Source: Amoebophrya sp. A120 | Taxonomy: Eukaryota; Protista; Dinoflagellata | Direction: 5' to 3' | Length of the DNA: 64,000 nt | NCBI GenBank assembly: GCA_905178155.1 | Contig: CAJINV010000001.1 | Location: forward strand, 3,735,706 to 3,799,705 | Made by a program: the position numbers and the translations under genes | Notes under the pieces: generated by a model | Told to the model about the DNA's origin: nothing | The model's input: only the letters and a program-made list of their open reading frames with translations | The model's database searches: none | In this document: one piece after another, positions 13,624 through 25,500 of the stretch | Position numbering within the stretch: position 1 is the stretch's first letter | Layout: each line of letters opens with the position of its first letter

Positions 13624-13673
13624 ATGATGTTCATTCATCAGAGTCGAAACAAATCTCGCTTCAGTAATTCCTA

Positions 13674-13937
13674 GAGCGAGGTAACAAATGACCCGTTAAC
13701 TCGCACCCGCGAGTTAGCCGTCCGGCCGGCCGGCCGGGCGGTTAACTCGCGGTTAGAAGTGTAGACAAATCGAATTGTCGTGGTGCAAATCTACCCCGAA
13801 GTGCTCGCCGATCTTCGATTCAAATTTGTGCTACCATTCGCTTTGTCTACATTTCTAACCGCGAGTTAACCGTCCGGCCGGCCGGGCGGACGGCTAACTC
13901 GCTGGTGCGAGTTAACGGGTCATTTGTTACCTCGCTC
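13674..13937. mobile_element. MITE with about 96-bp TIRs and a 3-bp CTA TSD (PIF/Harbinger-like)
   Basis: GAGCGAGGTAACAAATGACCCGTTAACTCGCAC... (13674-13769) is the near-perfect reverse complement of 13842-13937. CTA lies at 13671-13673 and 13938-13940. The superfamily is inferred from the 3-bp TSD only. Confidence 0.85.
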
Positions 13938-14807
13938 CTACAGAGTTGCTGTTGCTCTCGTGCGCGAGTGGTATTTTGAATAACACTCGCCAAAGTTACC
14001 TTTCTATTTTGACTCGCAGTGCCATGATTGCGATTGCTACTTTTGCTTTTCTGTTTCATTTTGGAAAGTAGTGAGTTTCTCCTATATCCCATTCTCGTAG
14101 TGGTGCTCTCGTCATACAACTCCCAGCTGATAAGCGGACTATCTATATCTATTGACTGCTCGCGCTTTAAAAGTACTCTGGAACTGGATATAGACAACAG
14201 GAAAGAGGCTTGATCTAGCTACCTGTAGTACTCAGAAATGGGGGCGCGCGCTCCCCCTCGGCTCTGTAGTGACATGATCGGAGGCATTACGCATACTAGG
14301 GAAATAAACGAAAACCTGACTCGTCGATGGGTAGTGGTATTCGTGTGCGTCTGTATTAGGGCTGACTATGTTCTAACTCAGAACAGTTTTCTTGCTCTAC
14401 TTCTTGACGTCGAAAAGCGAGAAGAGACGAGCAGATCGAAAAAGCTGGAGGAAAAACGGCTCTTCAGGCAAGCAGTGGCATTCGCATTGATCCTCTACCT
14501 AGCGGCAGCGAACCAACTGACTCCAGCTCTGCACGTGATCGGATTTCTTAAAGTAGAACGTGGGAAGCGGAAGATCATACTCGAAAGCGAGCCTATCTTG
14601 TGCACTTGTTAACGCTCTTCCACCTATTCATTAGCTCTCATGAATGTCTGTATTTATAGAAGTAAGGTGTGCTCGTTGGCCTAGACCTTGTAGTCTCACC
14701 TCGGCGGCAAAGCTATTCTGTGGTTTATTCGTCGCCATCTACTTGATCCTTCTGGTGTAGAAGAAAACTCTAACTGTACTATAGAGAGCAATAAATAGCA
14801 CCAAAAA

Positions 14808-17800
14808 ATGGCATCGTCGTCGAGTAGCAGTGCTGCGTCAGGAGCAGGTGCAGGCCCAGATGCAGGTGGGAATGCTGAAAACCAGACGGGAAATCCACCG
14901 AGAAGAATTCCGCCGACAATGGGCGATTTACTCCTGTCATTCCGGGGGTCAGTTTCACAGTGGTCTGATGCGGTAAGGAAGTATGCAATGACCGGCGTTG
15001 AGGAGCGCTGTGCGAGAAGGATGGGAATGGCGCAGGTACAGCCTCAGACCGATGAACTCTAGCGCGTTAGTTCAGTCATGCTGGCATCTATTTTTTATTT
15101 TCAGTGGATGTGGTCTGCGTCTGAATCTGATGCTGATACTGATTTCGCCGCTATCAGTCGAAACTGAAACAAAAAAACATTGATGGACTTGAGCCCGTGA
15201 TGAATAAGTAACGCCAGGTAAACATGTGGTACATCTTGGCCACCCGCGACCTTCACAAGCGACAGACCGGCGGGCGCACCCAGTTGCCAATGGAATTGCG
15301 GCGACGCATCATTGAGTTTATGGGCCCGATTGAGCATCCGGCGCTGGGGATTAGCGGACGTGACGCTTTGCAAATCTCAAAAGCGCAGCGAGCAAGTGAT
15401 CGAGCGAGAGCGGTAGCGTACTACTCTGAGTTGATCAAGGAACGGGCGGAGGCGGGGGAAGGGTCTCTTCTCTTACAACCATAACGGGGGGTCTACTCAT
15501 CGGCTTTAGAACTTTTTGAAAACTTTTTGAAAACTTTTGAAAACAGAGCAAAACGATGACGCGAAACCACCAAGGTCCGACGCCCTTTTTTGGCGCCGTG
15601 CCGTCGTGTTTCGTGGTCATATATTTTGACCGATAAAAGGCGCGCGCGCTGCCGTCGGTCACACGTGAATCGCGGGCGGAATACTCTCCGCAGACTTGTA
15701 ATCTCTTGCGCGTTTCTTGAGCAGCGTGTCGCACAAACCGGGCCGCGTCCTTGATATATGTAGTCACGCACGAAAAGGCTTAGATCCACCCCTCCGCGTT
15801 TCGCCTAGGGGCAAACGCACTCGGGTGGCCGTGCTGTTTATTTGACCGAGGGGCAAACGCACTTGGGTGGCCATCCCCCCATCCGGGGCCAGCCCTCCTC
15901 CTTTTCGCCTAGCAGGGTTTAGGGTTTAGCCCTCCTCCTTTTCACCTGGCGCAGGGCTTGGGTTTAGGGTTTGGGGTTTAGGGCCTAGGGCCTCGGTTCT
16001 CAGGCGCAGCGCGCCGGCCCGAGCGGCGTGTCTGGAGAGATCCAGGGGGTGCGCCCCTGCGCCGCGTTGCGTTTGTAATTCCCACAAGAAAAAGCGGCGC
16101 AGTCGAAGAAGCAGACTCTGAGTTCTGCTATCTTTTTGGCACCTGTTCTGACCCCAGGCACGGCGGCACGCTGCCAGAAAGGAGCGAGGCTGCTGAGTCT
16201 TCAAAAAGTACAAAAGAAGCGTAGCCCAGACATGAAGCAGGCTGGCACTGCCTGCGAAGTAGGCAAAGCTCACGGCTCAGGTTTTGCAGTCTTTGTGGCG
16301 CCGTGCCGTCGTGTTTCGTGGTCATATATGGTGGCCGATAAAAGGCGCGCGCGCTGCCGTCGGTCACACGTGAATCGCGGGCGGAATCCCCTCAGCAGAT
16401 TTTTAATTTCTTACGCATTTGAACGGCGTGCCATCCTGTTTCGTGATAGGTTTCGACCCCGGAGCCGGGGCGAAAAGTTGTATACTTTACACGCGACGAA
16501 TGCCGTGGGTGGTAACGTTATCCACGGCGGCACCGCGTAGGCAAAAAAGCGCGCTTTTTCAACTTTTGCCCGAATTCTGAGGCAAAGCGCGACTCGTGCG
16601 CCCATTTTGAAAAGTTTTTTTTTTGCACTTTTGCACTATATGCGAAAAACCAAAACCGGTGGCATGATGCCGCTTTTCTGGGCCTCAAAAAAACGACTCC
16701 CGAGCTAATTCCCGAAAAAAAAAACTTTTAAAAAACTTTTTAAAAGCTTCCATTTGGGGCACCAAATCGCTGCCGGTTTCAAGCAGACTCCGCCGCGGGG
16801 AGCTTCGAGAAGGGAGGCCAGAAAAAAAGTTTTTTCGGGGTCTTTTCGGGCTCGTTTCGGGCTCATCGAAATAGCACAGCAAAAAAGTCGCACTTTTTGG
16901 CTTCCGCCGTACCACCGCGCCAAAATCGCCATTGCTCCAGCGCCGGTGGTATGCTGGTGGTGTTTTTTTGTTATGTTTCGTCAGTGCCGGCGCTTTTGCG
17001 TCTGCGTCAAGCTTTTGGGTTTTTTGGTACTAGAAGTAGCCTGGGCGATGAAGGAAAAGCTAGAAGCTGAGTCCAGTGCTAGACTCTGGACGAGTTGGAG
17101 TTGGAGTGTGATATTGGATGGGGTATCGCTACGCTTATTTCTCGGCCTGATTTCGTGATAGGTTTGGACCCCGGAGCCGGGGCGGGCTGTTGTATATTTT
17201 ACATGTGAAGAATACCGCTGGCGGTAACATTATCTATGCATGGCGGCACGGCGTAGGGTAAAAGGCGCGAGCTCTCGACTTTTGCTCAAATTCTGAGGCA
17301 GGGCGCGACCTGTGCGCCCATTTCAAAAAGTTTTTTTTGTGCTTTTTCGTTATATCTGGAAAACCAAAACCGACAGCATGGCGCCGCTTTCCTGACCTTC
17401 CAAAAAAAAACTCCCGAGCTGATTCTGGGAAAAAAAACCTTTTGAAAACTTTCCAAAAGCTTTCACTTAGGGCACCAAAACGGTGCCGGATTCAAGCAGA
17501 ATCAGCAGCGGGAAGCTTCGAGAAGGGCGGCCAGATGAAAAGTTTTTTCGGGCTCGTTTCGGGCTCACCGAAGTAGCACAGTAAAAAGCTTGTTGCATTT
17601 TTTGGCCTCCGCCATACCACCGCGCCAAAATCAGCATTGTTCCAGCGTCGCTGTTATGTTGGTGGTGTTTTTTTGTTATGTTTCGCCAATGCCAGCACTT
17701 TTGCGACGAAGGGCATCGCTGAGTCAGGCTTTTGGGTTTTTTTATGTTTGGCTTCCCTCTTTGATACTACGAACAGAGAGCAAGGGAAAGCTTTTCGGTC

Positions 17801-18749
17801 TTTGGCCTTGACCACGAAGCCCGCCGTTGTTGCAGGCTGGGTGGGCCACCAAGCTCGGCGCTGCCTCAACTTTCTCAGGTGCGGGCGTTTTTCACTGTGG
17901 CGGAGTGCGCAAACTGGGCACCCACGAAAAGCGCGGGACCCCATCGGTCACACTGGAACCGCGATGGCATGCTGGGGCTCGATCTCGTGTTGGCCGTGCA
18001 GTCATTGGCCACGAAGTTGCGAGGCAGCTCCTTTGACGAGCAGGCCGGCGGGAAATTCAGAGTTTTCGAAAAGTTTTTGAAAAGTTCTGAAAGTTTAGCA
18101 CAGACCCCCCGTTATGGTTGTAATTCTCGTTGATGCACAAACTTTCGACGCAGCTCCGCGGATGCGAAATGGTGATGCCGTCCATGCAGACACTATAGCA
18201 ACGTACTTCGGCCATTTGGGTCACATCATCGAAGATCGAAGAGGCAACACGATAGATGTATTACACCACGGCAGCGCCACCGTTCCGTTCAGGATCTCGT
18301 TCAATGGTGCGAGACACGACGACGCCACAGGCGAAGCGGCGATGGAACTTCTGGGGAAAAAATTATCCGCACCTCTCGAACGCAAGTACAAGAGTAACCA
18401 TCGCGCAGCCTTTGCTGAGACAATGGAGAAGACACGAAATGCCGTTGTTATGTACTTCAGCGATTACCTCCTCAAAGAATTTGCTTCCGGGAAAGTTGAA
18501 GTTGAAATAACAGAAGCAATTGTCAATGCCGCACCCAAGCTGCCTTGTGGCGCCGCCTATCCCATGACCGAGCGACAGGCGAAGCTGTTCCATTCCGATC
18601 TAGACGAGTCGGACGCGGCCCTGAGTCGTCTCCGATTCGAAGTACATGGACTTCAATTCCATCCTTATTACCGCATCATAAATCATTCGGAGACCCTCCC
18701 GCCTGCGTTTACCATTCGTCTTGGAAAAGAAGATGAGTTTACCGAATGA
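14808..18749 (+). CDS. Hypothetical protein interrupted by a 2.65-kb TIR element (a functional gene only if the element is spliced out, otherwise a pseudogene)
   Basis: Exon 14808-15035, GT-AG intron 15036-15217, exon 15218-15472, then 18129-18749. The joined frame is continuous: ...ERAEAGEGSLL|VDAQTFDAAPRMRNG... Confidence 0.6.
15912..15990 (+). repeat. Short interstitial telomere-like (TTTAGGG) repeats inside the large element
   Basis: agggtttagggtttag and gggtttagggtttggggtttagggcctaggg. Confidence 0.6.
16438..17745 (+). repeat. Diverged tandem duplication (period about 710 bp) inside the large element
   Basis: About 16438-17025 aligns by eye with about 17150-17745 (tttcgtgataggttt.gaccccggagccggggcg ... 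ccaccgcgccaaaatc ... ggtgttttttgttatgtttcg). About 15592-15682 is also repeated at about 16297-16387. Confidence 0.8.
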
Positions 18750-19515
18750 GTGAGCGGGTTGGCCGCGGGAACAGGCTCGCTCAACAATGAGTCGCAGATT
18801 TAAACATAAACCGACGACTATCCTCTTTCTTTCAGATTTTCCTCGAACCAATGGCAATCGTCAAATTGAACCAATTGTGTGAGTAACACTGAGTACCAGC
18901 TGTCGGAACTCTATCACCACATCCAAGAAATTGGCGATCTTAAAAGTACTATTTTGAAATCTTTAAATTTTCTTCCAAAAAGTAAAGAAATGGCGCTGTC
19001 GTGTGTTCGCTGGAACCAATCATTGACATTGTCATTCTTCTATTCTCTATCATGCGGCGACCAATGGCATCGAGGACTCTTCGTATCTTTCGGTGAACGC
19101 CGCTTCGTGATATGTAGTGAGGTCATAAAGTACAAGTACTTATGTTGTTTGGCCAAGTAAGAAAGGGCTACCAAGTTACTACGGACACGGAAATGTGTAT
19201 GAGTCAGTTTCGCAAATCTTCCACTTGCTATCGGAATCGCTTCATATTTGGCACACACGTGAGAAAGTCGAACGGTTAAGCTATCATCAAAATTGTCGGT
19301 GAATCTGAATGTGTATGTGTGATCTATTCCTGGTCATGCGTCGACATCCCCAATACCTAAACTAAAACTTCTACGAAGCCGCAACATGAAATTACTATAA
19401 TTTTTTTCCGCAAATCCATGCTGGATGAACGTTGAGTATGGTGATTGCTATATCTGGTGTCTACTTGCAGCTCGCGATGCATGGCCTTCTTGTGCTGATT
19501 TGATAAAGGATCAAG

Positions 19516-22500
19516 ATGGGCGACCTATTCGGCACGAGCGCATTCGAGCGCCCAGCCGCCTGCGTGGATCTTTACCGCAGTCCACTGGACAGCGGTTCCG
19601 CGCGGTCAAGTCCCGGTTTGCCCACTGTGCCCACGCGTCTGTACGTGGTGGCATCCGAAAAGCACGAAGAGGAGGATCTACTGCCCCAGCCGCGACCACA
19701 TGACCTCGACCCAATAAAGACTGCGCAAAAGCGCTCCGTAAGGCTAGTTCGCGTCCTTGAATGCGCCCAAACGGTAGACGGAAGACTGGCGTTGTCGGGC
19801 GGCAAGACGTGGCTGGATTTTGCGGTTGCGCGCGAACTGATAGCGCAGGGCAGGAGCCAAGAGGACGCGGACTTCTCGGAATTCGAAGCGAATTGCAAAA
19901 TTGCCGCAGACGGGTGGTGGGAGGACAGGATTGCAGCAGAGCGTGATGGCACGAAGAGTGCGCGAGCACTGCAGCAAGCTACGACTGCCCGCACTGCGCG
20001 GAAGCGCGACGTCTTCTTTTCAAATCTGCAAAATATCTTCGGCGGGGGCGGCGATAAAAGTTTGAGTGATGATTTGAATCAGGACGATCCGGAAAGTGTG
20101 CGGCAGGCCGCCTTGCAGAGCCTCTATGTGGACGTTGGAAGCGCGTCCATAACAGCAACTGCTAGCAGCACTGCCGGAAGCTCGTCGGCTTTCGCATCAA
20201 GCTCAACATCGGCCGGGAAAAATCTTTCCACCCCGCCCCGCAGCTCCGGATGTGCACCTTGTGCGGGGATCTTGGGGTTTGTGCGTTTCCTGCGCGGCTG
20301 GTACGTCGTCGTGCTTACGAAGAAGAAAAAGCTCGGTACTCTTGGGCACCACGAGGTCTTTGAAGTCGAACGGGTGGAGTTGGTTCCGATCGCGGACCAG
20401 AATCTCATCCAAGAAGAGCAATTCTTCCAGTTTGAACAAGCCGACCTCGCGGAGGAGCAAAAGTGGGTGGAACGCTGGATGTCCGTGTTGAAAAGCGGGA
20501 ATTTTTTTTTCAGTTACAGCTACGAGCTGTCGCGCAGCGTGCAGCAAAACCAGGCGGACCGACTTGCGGAAAGCGATCCGTTTTACGCGGATCCGGAATT
20601 TTTTCGCTTCGTGTGGAACGCACACATGCTCCGGCCCAACGCAAGTGGTAGAGCTGCAAGTGGCACGACACAACTCCGTCGTAAAAATCTTTCACGGCAG
20701 CTAGTAGTACACCCCTGCAGAAGAAGTTGTAGTTTCTACTCTACTTCGCTCGGCACTCCCGACCGACCCGAGTGGCGGACTTTTTGTCTCACAATTTGCC
20801 ACGGCACGTTCGCGCAGCAGATTCTGAGCTCCTACTCGCAGCAACTCGAGATCACGCTGGTGTCGCGCCGGAGCACGCGGTTTGCGGGCACGCGGTACCG
20901 CAAACGCGGCATGAACGCGCACGGCCATTGTGGAAATGAGGTGGAGTCCGAGCAGATTTTGTGCCACCCCGGGATTCGTTCCATCTTGAGCTTCGTCCAG
21001 CTCCGGGCCTCGGTGCCGCTGTTCTGGGGCCAGGAGAGCACGGCGATGGCGTTCAAGCCGCCGATTGTCTACCCAAAGGAAGACATCGATCTCCAGGCGA
21101 CCAGGCGGCACCTGGGCGACTTGCTGTCTCGGTACGGAAGCCCGCTGGTGGTGCTCAATTTGATGCGCAACTCAGCCGGCACGGACGAGCAGACACTGTC
21201 GGCGAAAATGAAGACCTGCCTGGAGAAGCTCGCTGCGGAAATTGTGGCCAACGACGCGAGCGGGCTGTTGCAAGTCGTCTACCATCATTTGGACCTCAAA
21301 GCCGCGGCCAAATTGGATTTGAATTATGCTGCCGGAACTGGTGCAGGGGCGGCACAGGCGGGAACGCCGACTCTGGCGATCGCGGAAACCATGAGCAGCT
21401 CCGGCGCGGCCAGTGGAACGACGTTGTTGAGTTACGATAGCTACAAGGTCAACAGCGCAGGAGGTATAATGCTGCCACTTCAATCGGTTGCCGAGGGAGT
21501 CGCAATAGGAGCACCACTCAGTGGAGACAATTTTGGAAATCGCCTAGGAGTTGGTGCACCACCAGGAGGTTCTTCTTCTGCGAATAATCCGCTTTATGGT
21601 GCTGGAACTACTGCAGCTGCGGTCGACCGGTCAATACAGAAGCAGCGATTTAACCGATTGGTTTGCGAAACGGCTGAGGCCATGGTGGACAAGGTGGGGT
21701 TTTACCACCAGACGCGATCTTCCGTAAAAAGTGTGCAGAGCGGTGCGGTCAGGGTCAATTGCGTAGACTGTCTTGATCGGACCAACGTGCTTTTGTTTTT
21801 CCTTGGCCTGGAGGCCTTCGAGCGACAGCTGAAATCCCTCGGCGCGGTGCCGACGCTGGTACCTCGGCAGCTGCGGTTAGCAGTCGATGCTCTGCCGCGG
21901 ACCCTGAATTTTGTGGATCGACAAATAGAGGCGGACGATGCTGAGAGCCGTTGGACTTCAAGTGGCAGAGGTCCAGGACGGGGAGGGGAGCAGCTTCAGC
22001 TTGTGTTAGAGGACGCACATCAGGGCAGGTACGTCAGCTTCTCGTCAACCTCGGCAGCGGCCGGGGTTAGAAGTTTCAGTACAAGTGTCGGACCCCCGCA
22101 AGCGTCAACAACACAGACCCCTCCATCGACGAGCCCCCGGAGCGAGCAGGACTTTTCCTCAGCACCCGACGTTGGCCACAAGAGCGCAGAACATCAAGCT
22201 ACCACCTTCCCGCGGCAATACAGCAAAGGCAGCACAGCACCGTCCCCGAATCGGACTGGTGCTTATCGTCGGCAATCCAGTCTCGAGTTAGACGGACACG
22301 TGGCGCAACTCCTCGGCGAACTGTACGACACCAGCGGTGACTGCCTCTCCATGCAGTACGCCGGCTCGGTGGCGCACAAGAAGTATGCCTCCTCGTCAGG
22401 CGGAAAGGAGCTGTTGACCAGCATCCAGCGGCAGTACCAGACGAGTTTCCAGGACGCCGAGAAGCAGCTCGCCATCAATTTGTTTCTGGGGATCTTCCCG

Positions 22501-25500
22501 CTCCGGGCCATCGCGAAGAAAAATATGCTCTTTACCGGGTACGAATTGTCCCAGGTCGCGGTGGAAGCTGACGCCTTTCTGCACCAGAGCCAGCTCCCGG
22601 CGGCGTTTGACGCGGAACGTAGTTCTTGTACAACGGGCCCGCGCAATTACCACTTCTACACGTCGGAACAAGTACAGGACTCATCTGCCAATTTGAAGTT
22701 GTGGTTTGTCAGCCCTGTTGTGAGGTTTGGCCATCGCTTACTGGCGCTGCGACTGGCTCACGCTGGTGTTTGTTTTTCCACAGGAGGTGGCCCGGTCGTG
22801 CCTGCGTGGGTGTACGCGTATTGTCTGCCGGAGTTTCTCGCACGGATGCTTTACGTCGGGAAGAAGCTTGACAGCAGAGATCTGGTTGTGTTGCTGTCAG
22901 AACACGAGAAACTCTTTGCAACCGGCCCGAACAGCGCCGCAGCGTCACCTAATATACTCCTGCCTCCGACACCGAATCGTTTTCAAAGCGCGCATAAGAT
23001 ATGGAAGCTGACGAATTTTGACAAGCTCTTGCGGGCGGAAAACAGTACTATCAACACAAACACCTTTGACGATACAGCTACCCATGCGTTGTACCAGGAT
23101 GGTATTAACCAGCAAGCAGGTGGAGCGCAGAACGGTCAAACTACAGATAGCGGCTACGAAACTCTTCTGCCAGTCTGGGCCGCAGGCTACCAGCCGCCGG
23201 TGACAGCACAAGCGGGTAGACGTCGGTTTGGTCAATCAGCAGTCGCGCAACAGTTTTTGCCTCTGGCAACAAATACTAGCAACGCAAGGTCGGTGAAAAG
23301 CCGTGCACGTCTTGCGCTGTTCGGAAAGCCAGAGCACCTGTTGCAAGAAAGTATTACCATGCTCAACTCGGATTCAATGTCCTCCGTCTCGTTCTTTTCG
23401 TCAGGAGGACGAGATGAAAGTATGAGGAAAGTTGGGTCGTTATCGTTTGCGGCCGTTCTAGAAGCAGCGAAACAAACCTTGCTATCGCAAGACGTCGCTT
23501 CGCTATTGCACGCGCTCGATGTCCGGAAAGAGCAGACTGCTCCTGGCAAGCTGTGGCTCACGACTGCAGCGGATGCTAGATTTTTTAACGACGATCTGAG
23601 CTTGAGCTTCCTGCTGCCGGATTTTCGCCGCAAGGATCTTTTTAGCCTCGATAAGTTTATTGCTTCGACCGGGGTCGGGGCACGATCGATACCGAGGAAG
23701 GTACTGGCTTTCGCAGAGGACGACAGAGGAGGCCCACCTCCGCGGGGGCGACAGGACGATGAGTCTTCTTATGCATTCGGTCCGACAACTACTCTAACTG
23801 GATTGACAAAGCACGACCGCGAAGTGTATCGGCAGTACGCACAGCCCCGAACGGTGCTTCTGAGTCTCCGAAGTTCGGTCTTCCGGGTCCAGAAGCCTCT
23901 TTCGCCGGACGAAATGGAGGTGTTACGCGACATTCGAGGCGAGCACGACATGAATCAGCTCTGTTTGGCAGGAGACGAAGGCGCACTACATTCACGAGAC
24001 ACGTCGAGCAGCAGCAGTGTCGGCTATCACGATCTCGCCGGGCGAGCGGAAAGGGAAGCGCAGCAATTGGATGATCCATTCACAGCTGCCACTGACGGCC
24101 TCACTGATATGTTTCGCGTCGCGCCCCGCAGGTCTTACCGCCGCGGAGACAAGTTACAACCGTCCTCGAGCACCACGACGTCGGTGGCACCAGGAGGAAA
24201 AATGAGCGAACATCATTCAGCGCGGAGTCTCAGCAACGCCGAAAACCTCCTGCTTTTGAAACATTTCATCGGGTTTCAAGCCTCACCACTGCAAACAAGT
24301 GCAGGCCAGCTTTCTGACGAGATGATTGCACAAGTCGATGGTGCCTCAGAGGCAGTTTCCTTTTCGTCCTCTTCCTCTGCTGTTCCTGTTTCCGCTGGAG
24401 ATAATTACAAGAAAGACCAGGGACAAACAAAAAACACAACCCCAGCAGCGCGTTCCGCGAACAAATGGGAGCGCAGGCTTAAGCACGAGCTTCAGCGGTA
24501 TCTAGGTGCGCCGCGAGCGAGCGCACCACGGAGTGCGGCAGTACAGGATGCGAGCAGAAATTTGTTCGGGCGGGCATCAGTGCAACAGGATCTTCGCGCG
24601 AGTACAACGACCGGCTCACAGCGCGACTTCTTCACCTCTTTCATCGATGGGGAGTTCGCCGGGGACAGCGAAATTACAACAAATCAGCAAGACCGGCCAA
24701 AAGGCCCGGACTCTTTGAAGCAAACCGCCTTTTTTCGTCTTAACGCTTACGAGCACTGGTTCGTTTTCTCATACTTGAACACCTTGCGCGATCGCAAGAC
24801 GAAGCGTGCCAGTGAGCAAAACTACTTCGGCGCCGGACCTCCCGGTGGAATTGCGTCGGTTAATGGTACTAGCGGACCGACGAGAGGACCAGTAGGGGCA
24901 ACTGCCGGGAGCGGATTCTCTGTTGAAAAGCGCAGCCTGTCGTTTGATTTCTTGCGCGCCGCAGGAGGGAACGGAAGTGGTGCAGCAAGTTTGGGGTTGG
25001 CTGGAGGGAGATACGGGTCGAGCACTGTTGCATCTTCACGGAGCGCAGTAGTAGAACAGCCGATGTCACAATCCATTTCTCGATTGATGGGAAAATACCC
25101 AGCGCGGCTGAATGCGCAGTTGGGTGCTGCGGAGGGCGAGAGTATCCAGGCCAAAACGAGCTTTTTGAGTCAATCCTCGCACAACGGTGCTCACACGAGC
25201 TACGTCAATCAGAAATTTTACTTCCCGGTTGCAAATGCACGGGTGTTTGCGGATACAGAACGAAAAACCCCACGGCTTTTGCTTTGTGAAGAATGTGGCG
25301 ATCCGTTTCTGGAACGGCTGGATGGCAGTGTGTGCTGCGGAGAGTGCCTGGAATACCTGAAATCCATGGAACTGCTGCAGCAAAACATCAGTACGGAGAA
25401 TGTTATCGGGCGCTCGCACGTGCGCTTAGCAAACCTGAGTCGTGCAGGGATTTATGAACCAGATCAGCAACGTCAGCCTGCTTTTTCCTCCGATGGCGCT

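Larger units (their letters stand above)
15473..18123. mobile_element. 2651-bp non-autonomous TIR DNA element with 5-bp TTCTC TSD
   Basis: Left end TTACAACCATAACGGGGGGTCT and right end AGACCCCCCGTTATGGTTGTAA, plus inverted subterminal AACTTTT(T)GAA repeats. TTCTC lies at 15468-15472 and 18124-18128. No transposase ORF recognised. Confidence 0.9.

Noticed and set aside
15473-18123. Possible transposase inside the large TIR element
   Set aside because: Only short ORFs (under 150 aa) with no DDE, tyrosine-recombinase or HUH motifs that I could recognise.
20641-20772. Possible in-frame GC-AG intron within the FIG4 SAC domain
   Set aside because: Plausible (GCAAGT donor, non-conserved-looking peptide), but it is stop-free with a weak acceptor and no TIR, so it cannot be supported without cDNA.
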